In this document: positions 35,581 to 40,279 of the stretch, piece after piece
Layout of the letters: each line of letters begins with the position of its first letter
Position numbering within the stretch: position 1 is the first letter of the stretch
DNA from: a virus
Lineage: Duplodnaviria; Caudoviricetes
Length of the DNA: 40,279 nt
Virus record (IMG/VR): IMGVR_UViG_3300027863_000008
Location: 1-40,279 of that record
Direction: 5' to 3' (one strand)
The notes under the pieces: generated by a model
Databases searched by the model: none
Seen by the model: the letters and a program-made list of their open reading frames with translations, nothing else
Told to the model about the DNA's origin: nothing
Made by a program: the position numbers and the translations under genes

Positions 35581-36515
35581 TATTCTAACCCCCATACTGC
35601 TGGATCAAGTAAATCTATATCATTAGTAGTTCCAGTAGTTCCAGTAGTTCCAGTAGTGCCAGAACCACTTAAATTCAAAATCATATCTAAAATCAAACTA
35701 TTCAAATCAGTTCCAGTATCAACCTCTTCAGCAGAAGAATTAACCTGTGGTGTATATACAGGCGTTGGTAAAACAGATGGCGTCGCTGGCGGGATCACAG
35801 GCTCAGTTTCAGGCAAAGATGTAGGAACATTTTGTTCCCCATATAAATAACTCTCTAAACCCTCACTACTTATATCAGTCGGCTCTATACCTTTACCAGT
35901 AGGATTTGTAAGCAACCTCTGAAATATCAATGGTGCTAACTGTTCACTTATACTTGACATTAATTCTACATCGCCAGATTTCTTAGCTAATTCTAATTGT
36001 GCTAACTTTAAGTTGTATTCCTTATTAAATTGATCAATATTCGCCTTTAATGTCTGTGCTTGTAAAGCCGTTCTTGCAGTAGCCTCACCTATTGCCTCCA
36101 TAGCTTTACCACGCAATTCATCTTCTCTTGCTAACCTTGCACCAGTTCTATATACGCCTGATTGTGCATACTGACTACCTATCTGTTTTAACGACTCCTC
36201 TAATTGCCTATTAACTTCTTTTCTTGTGGCTTCATTCTGCAACTCCATAGCGGTGTCAATCTTTTGTAAAGATTTACTTTCAACCATCGGCTTCATACGC
36301 TCAGCTATCCTATTCAAAGCAGGATTACGAGACTTTGATAAATACTCGTATTGTGCTTCCTCAGGAGTTAAAACACCTGAATTGACACGATGCTGTATAT
36401 CCTGTTTTAACGTTCTTTCATATTCTTGACCCTGCCGTATCTCATTAAACTTCTTACCACCATACTGCAATCCTTGTAATAATAAAGCGATTTCCGCACC
36501 AGTCATTAATCTCAC
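35580..36515 (-). CDS. Putative ejection/pilot protein
   Basis: YAQSGVYRTG motif, Pro-rich linker and a (GTT)n repeat encoded by a 9-bp tandem at ~35624-35660. Confidence 0.6.
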   Translation of the reverse strand: MRLMTGAEIALLLQGLQYGGKKFNEIRQGQEYERTLKQDIQHRVNSGVLTPEEAQYEYLSKSRNPALNRIAERMKPMVESKSLQKIDTAMELQNEATRKEVNRQLEESLKQIGSQYAQSGVYRTGARLAREDELRGKAMEAIGEATARTALQAQTLKANIDQFNKEYNLKLAQLELAKKSGDVELMSSISEQLAPLIFQRLLTNPTGKGIEPTDISSEGLESYLYGEQNVPTSLPETEPVIPPATPSVLPTPVYTPQVNSSAEEVDTGTDLNSLILDMILNLSGSGTTGTTGTTGTTNDIDLLDPAVWGLE

Positions 36516-36646
36516 CTGCCTTTATCTATTCTAATGACTTGAACAGGAACTACTTTCTCAGGAGGCGTATAAGTCTTGTTTAGTATTCTTTTTCTGCTTG
36601 GCGGAGAATGCCTCTCTGCTAATGATCGTATCCTTGCCTTTCTCAT
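36512..36646 (-). CDS. 44-aa basic protein (below the ORF-track cutoff)
   Basis: MRKARIRSLAERHSPPSRKRILNKTYTPPEKVVPVQVIRIDKGR. ATGA overlap and AGGAGG SD. Fills the gap exactly. Confidence 0.65.
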   Translation of the reverse strand: MRKARIRSLAERHSPPSRKRILNKTYTPPEKVVPVQVIRIDKGR

Positions 36647-38475
36647 CTTATTACCCTCCTTAAAAAGTATATGTATATTGACTCTAACTCACCAATAGTC
36701 CATCTTGCCTGTAAACTCACTAACCTCGCAAAACAATTATTATTAAAATCCATACTTGTATCATTACTATCAATAGCAAAGATGTCTATCGGCTGTTGCT
36801 CTTCTTCGTTATATGCACTTATAGTAAAAAAGCCTGATCTATCCTTAGCATTAATCATTATATACCTTAAAAGTCCCCCAGTGTTTCCTTCCTGTAAATC
36901 TACCCAATGCGTCCTTATCATAGCTTCTATAAGCGCGTCATTATCCGTATCTATACCTTTTACATAATACTTATTCAATCGTCCATTTTTTCCACCAATC
37001 ACTTCACCATTATGATTAATTATGTAACATCTGGAATACATATTAGTATCTTTTACCCAACCGCCTAATTCTATATCATATACCCACGCTATACCAGTTG
37101 AATAATCAGCTAAAACATAATAATATCTACCATTGCTGTCAGAATAAATAAATCCTACTGGATTGTCCAGTCCTCTGATTTGATCTGATATATTCGTGGA
37201 TATACATTTTATTCCAGAGTTAGATAAAGACCAGACGCCGTAAACCTTTGAATAAAAGTATGCCGTATCACTTATAACAGCAACAGAACGGGGGGCGGTG
37301 CAACCCAAACCAAATTCAGTCTGGGTGGGGGAGACATCTGAACCCGTCCTTACCTCCATTAAAGGAACAGCGTCTGGATCACCCGTCAATACCCATATAC
37401 TCCTATTCTTAAATATATATAGTGACTGCCCTAATACCGCACAAGTCACTATATAATCACCATCATCCCTACGAACATCTATCCAATTAGTGTAACTCCA
37501 TTTTTCTGGATTACCTAAATCCGAATACCATAATAAAGACGGATCGTCACTGGATATGCCATATATCCTGTCTTTATAATATACTAACTTATTCAAACCA
37601 TTAATATTCCCTATAAAATCATCACCTATATATTCCGTATAACAACTTTCTAAATATTCGTCAGTTGCATTATCTACCACATTACCATCATCATTTTCTA
37701 TCGTGTATAGTCTATAAAATTTTGTTTCAGGAGTCGCAGGGTCAGTATAAAACTTTGTTGCCCAGATTTCTATATGCGTGCAATTCTCATCAGGCGACTT
37801 AGTATAAGTTAGTTGTGCATACTGATCTGATAATATCGCCGTCTGCTTATCACTAAAAAGTGAATGTGCTATAACTATACCACCATTCTGCTTTACATAC
37901 CTATACATGTAATCTCTTCTACCTGTAAATGTCCCCGCAATATTAGATATACTTAATGCTACAGTAGGTGCAGTAATACTTACATTACTACTTAATAACC
38001 TCGTTCCACTTGCAGTTCCATCAGTCCTTATAAGCTCATATCCATTAGTTATATAACAATAATCTAAATAAGTCAAACAATATATATCATCAGAAGTCAA
38101 CTCTATACCAAGTCCCGCTGTAATATCCCATATATCATTGTCGCCTTCACCGTCCCATAAATAAAGACCTTTATCGGCACTGAATATATATGTCCTATAA
38201 ACATCTATACCATTAACGCCAGTATACTGCCTTGAATACTCATATATCCCACCGATTGAAGGATAAACCTTTGTCTCATCATCACCTAAAAATATATCTT
38301 CATCTATATATTCCTGTCCGTCACGAGGCACTATCGTTCCAGTAGATAAACGAACATTCTCAGCGTCTAATAAAGCAGTCTGAGCCTCCGCTCTACCAGC
38401 CACCATTCCAGCTGAGATAATGCCTAAATCCCATCTACTGAACTTCCTATAATAATATCCTCCACCACGCCTCAT
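36643..38475 (-). CDS. Tail nozzle/stabilisation protein (P22 gp10-like, beta-propeller)
   Basis: ENV..PRDG, YKDRIY, LWYSDLGNPEKW, LYIFKNRSIW, GCTAPRSV and WVYD..GGW. Confidence 0.75.
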   Translation of the reverse strand: MRRGGGYYYRKFSRWDLGIISAGMVAGRAEAQTALLDAENVRLSTGTIVPRDGQEYIDEDIFLGDDETKVYPSIGGIYEYSRQYTGVNGIDVYRTYIFSADKGLYLWDGEGDNDIWDITAGLGIELTSDDIYCLTYLDYCYITNGYELIRTDGTASGTRLLSSNVSITAPTVALSISNIAGTFTGRRDYMYRYVKQNGGIVIAHSLFSDKQTAILSDQYAQLTYTKSPDENCTHIEIWATKFYTDPATPETKFYRLYTIENDDGNVVDNATDEYLESCYTEYIGDDFIGNINGLNKLVYYKDRIYGISSDDPSLLWYSDLGNPEKWSYTNWIDVRRDDGDYIVTCAVLGQSLYIFKNRSIWVLTGDPDAVPLMEVRTGSDVSPTQTEFGLGCTAPRSVAVISDTAYFYSKVYGVWSLSNSGIKCISTNISDQIRGLDNPVGFIYSDSNGRYYYVLADYSTGIAWVYDIELGGWVKDTNMYSRCYIINHNGEVIGGKNGRLNKYYVKGIDTDNDALIEAMIRTHWVDLQEGNTGGLLRYIMINAKDRSGFFTISAYNEEEQQPIDIFAIDSNDTSMDFNNNCFARLVSLQARWTIGELESIYIYFLRRVIR

Positions 38476-39221
38476 AACAATTCCTCTCTAATATATAAAG
38501 ATTTGTATGCCTCCCTACTCATTGAACTATACGACCCATCCTCATGAATTACTAATACATCACCTTTGTTTACTACATGCTCTCCCGCCATATCAGTATA
38601 TACCGTCCCATTAGTAACAACTTTAACTGTTACTGGTGGAAACTCTATTGGTTTGCGTCTTATAGTTATTACACCATTACTATCTATTATTCTACAAGCA
38701 TCATAGAAATTTTTCACTACATAATCCGCATCTGTTTCTATATCATTATTACAATCAAACTTAGGCAATACTTGTATAGTTATACACCCACACATCTTAC
38801 CAGCTTCTATATCACTCTTACTATCACCAATGAACCACTTCTCATAGTCTAAATGATTAGTTATCAAAGTCTCCATTATCTTAGCCTTAGCCTTTGCCCG
38901 CTCTAAATGCTCTGAGTCTATATCCGTTATCCTAAATCCCTTTATTACTTCATTATAGTTTATACGCTTAATCAATGCTTGATTAGCATTCCTACATATT
39001 CTATAATTTTCGTCTATATTACCATCTAATAACCATGCCTGATTAGTTATTATATATAAATCTGTATTATATTTGGATAATAATTTGATCCCCTCTGGAA
39101 CTCTATCAATAACATCTAAGTCATTGACATCACGATTAAATACACGACCTTTACGCAAAGTCTTATGATTATGAATTAATACGCCATCTCTATCACAACC
39201 AATTAATATCCTTCTATTCAT
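38472..39221 (-). CDS. HAD phosphatase, GmhB (heptose-bisphosphate phosphatase)-like, with extra C-terminal domain
   Basis: DRDGVL, IITNQ, FIGDSKSDIEAG..GC.TI and ADY. Lacks the CxH/CxCRKP Zn loop of many GmhB proteins. Confidence 0.8.
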   Translation of the reverse strand: MNRRILIGCDRDGVLIHNHKTLRKGRVFNRDVNDLDVIDRVPEGIKLLSKYNTDLYIITNQAWLLDGNIDENYRICRNANQALIKRINYNEVIKGFRITDIDSEHLERAKAKAKIMETLITNHLDYEKWFIGDSKSDIEAGKMCGCITIQVLPKFDCNNDIETDADYVVKNFYDACRIIDSNGVITIRRKPIEFPPVTVKVVTNGTVYTDMAGEHVVNKGDVLVIHEDGSYSSMSREAYKSLYIREELL

Positions 39222-39224
39222 GTT

Positions 39225-39920
39225 TTACTCTCCCCAAGTAATACCCATACCAGAACCATCTATTAGTCCATCAAAATTAACCTTAATACCTTCCTTCTCA
39301 AATTGACTACTGCGAGTTATTACATTCTTGACTGTGTCTATCTGTTTGCACATCATTATTATATCCTTCCATAACGCAAGCTCCTCTGCTTTTGTTATCT
39401 GTTCGTCTACTTGTGCAATCCTGTTCTTTACCGCTTCAACAAGATATACATGCGTCTCTACTGGTAAAGACGGCACATCATTATCAGATATAATCCTCGT
39501 TGGTGTTCCATAAAAAAATAACCATAAATCAATCCCCTCCGTATCAAACTTAGGAAATATCCATAACTCTTTACGACCACTGGTTGACCATATAAACGCT
39601 TTATATGGATTAGATGATGTTTCAGTCTCAGGATTACTTTCACGACCATATACTTCACTCGGATTAGATACTATCTTTATCAATCTATTATTACCACCAT
39701 TATTATACCATAAAGTATTAATAGCAATAAGATTTGACGGCAATAAGTATCTCTGCTCCAAAGTAGATGAAAACTTATAAAAATCCTCTACAACTAACTT
39801 TAACTCTATCGCCATGCGATTTTGTATGAGATTAATAATATTAATTATTCGCTCATCATTCCAAAACCGCCTACTATTAACATCAGCTTGTATATAATCT
39901 ATCATATCTCTTATAGTCAT
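39225..39920 (-). CDS. Head-tail adaptor/connector protein
   Basis: MT..DMI...FWNDERI..IIN, RYLLPSN, ELWIFP and DVPSLP.ETH.YLV pattern. Upstream of the nozzle gene. Confidence 0.7.
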   Translation of the reverse strand: MTIRDMIDYIQADVNSRRFWNDERIINIINLIQNRMAIELKLVVEDFYKFSSTLEQRYLLPSNLIAINTLWYNNGGNNRLIKIVSNPSEVYGRESNPETETSSNPYKAFIWSTSGRKELWIFPKFDTEGIDLWLFFYGTPTRIISDNDVPSLPVETHVYLVEAVKNRIAQVDEQITKAEELALWKDIIMMCKQIDTVKNVITRSSQFEKEGIKVNFDGLIDGSGMGITWGE

Positions 39921-40066
39921 ACCACCCACTCCTGCAAAGTCTCAATATCAAACATTATATACCCCTTTCGCTTGAAACACCTACTGCAATAAAATCTATA
40001 CTTTATAACTTTACCTGACATCCAACCAGTAGCTCGTATCCATTCAGGCTTGCATAAACATCTCAT
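39917..40066 (-). CDS. 49-aa zinc-finger-like protein (below the ORF-track cutoff)
   Basis: MRCLCKPEW...FYCSRCFKRKG. ATGA overlaps at both ends. Confidence 0.65.
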   Translation of the reverse strand: MRCLCKPEWIRATGWMSGKVIKYRFYCSRCFKRKGYIMFDIETLQEWVV

Positions 40067-40248
40067 TTTTTGCCTCTTTTGACACGAAGCATACGACGCT
40101 TCAATCTCGCCTTAGCTTCTTTGCCCCATCGGCTCGGTGTCCAGCCTGTCTTCAATAAAGTCCCATATACATACCTGTTAAATCGTTCACCCGTAAACCC
40201 CTTTTTTCTTGCTTCAGCTTTTAACTTTCTTTCTAACGCCTTTGGCAT
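40063..40248 (-). CDS. Small highly basic protein
   Basis: MPKALERKLK...YVYGTL.KTGW.P, with an AAGGAGGTG SD. Confidence 0.85.
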   Translation of the reverse strand: MPKALERKLKAEARKKGFTGERFNRYVYGTLLKTGWTPSRWGKEAKARLKRRMLRVKRGKK

Positions 40249-40279
40249 GTCTAATCACACCTCCTTATTGACGACGAAA
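40153..40279. repeat. Direct terminal repeat, copy 2
   Basis: Identical to 1-127. Confidence 0.95.

Noticed and set aside
729-39658. Numerous 60-145-aa ORFs antisense to or nested within long genes
   Set aside because: Shadow ORFs with skew-driven composition and no independent signals.

Overview
The window is very probably a complete, circularly assembled dsDNA tailed-phage genome of about 40.15 kb (AT-rich). Bases 1-127 are identical to 40153-40279. It has two divergent transcription units separated by a ~2.2-kb non-coding control region (17480-19656). The leftward late operon (17478 to 113, continuing across the junction from 40248 to 30585) encodes TerS?, TerL, a block of paralogous fibre/collar-like proteins, portal, holin-like proteins, scaffold, major capsid and a decoration protein. 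It continues with a glycan-modification cassette (2x GT9-like, 2x SAM methyltransferase, polysaccharide pyruvyl transferase, GmhB-like HAD phosphatase), adaptor, tail nozzle and ejection proteins, giving a podovirus-like layout. The rightward early operon (19657-30430) encodes an RHH-like protein, a three-blade WD40 protein, a SNF2 helicase, an SSB-like protein, an AEP-primase/MCM-helicase fusion and a PD-(D/E)xK nuclease. I recognised no integrase, DNA polymerase, endolysin, tRNA or CRISPR array. The most unusual signals are non-coding: (i) eight tandem 26-bp dyads TTTRTAA-N12-TTAYAAA, plus a ninth inverted copy abutting a sigma54 promoter in front of the RHH gene; (ii) three sigma54 -24/-12 boxes, two of them face-to-face, with an IHF consensus and NtrC-like TGCACCA-N2-TGGTGCA boxes; (iii) a twice-repeated 5' leader whose base changes preserve an H-type pseudoknot directly upstream of the ribosome-binding sites. 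All protein calls come from motifs read by eye, not database searches.
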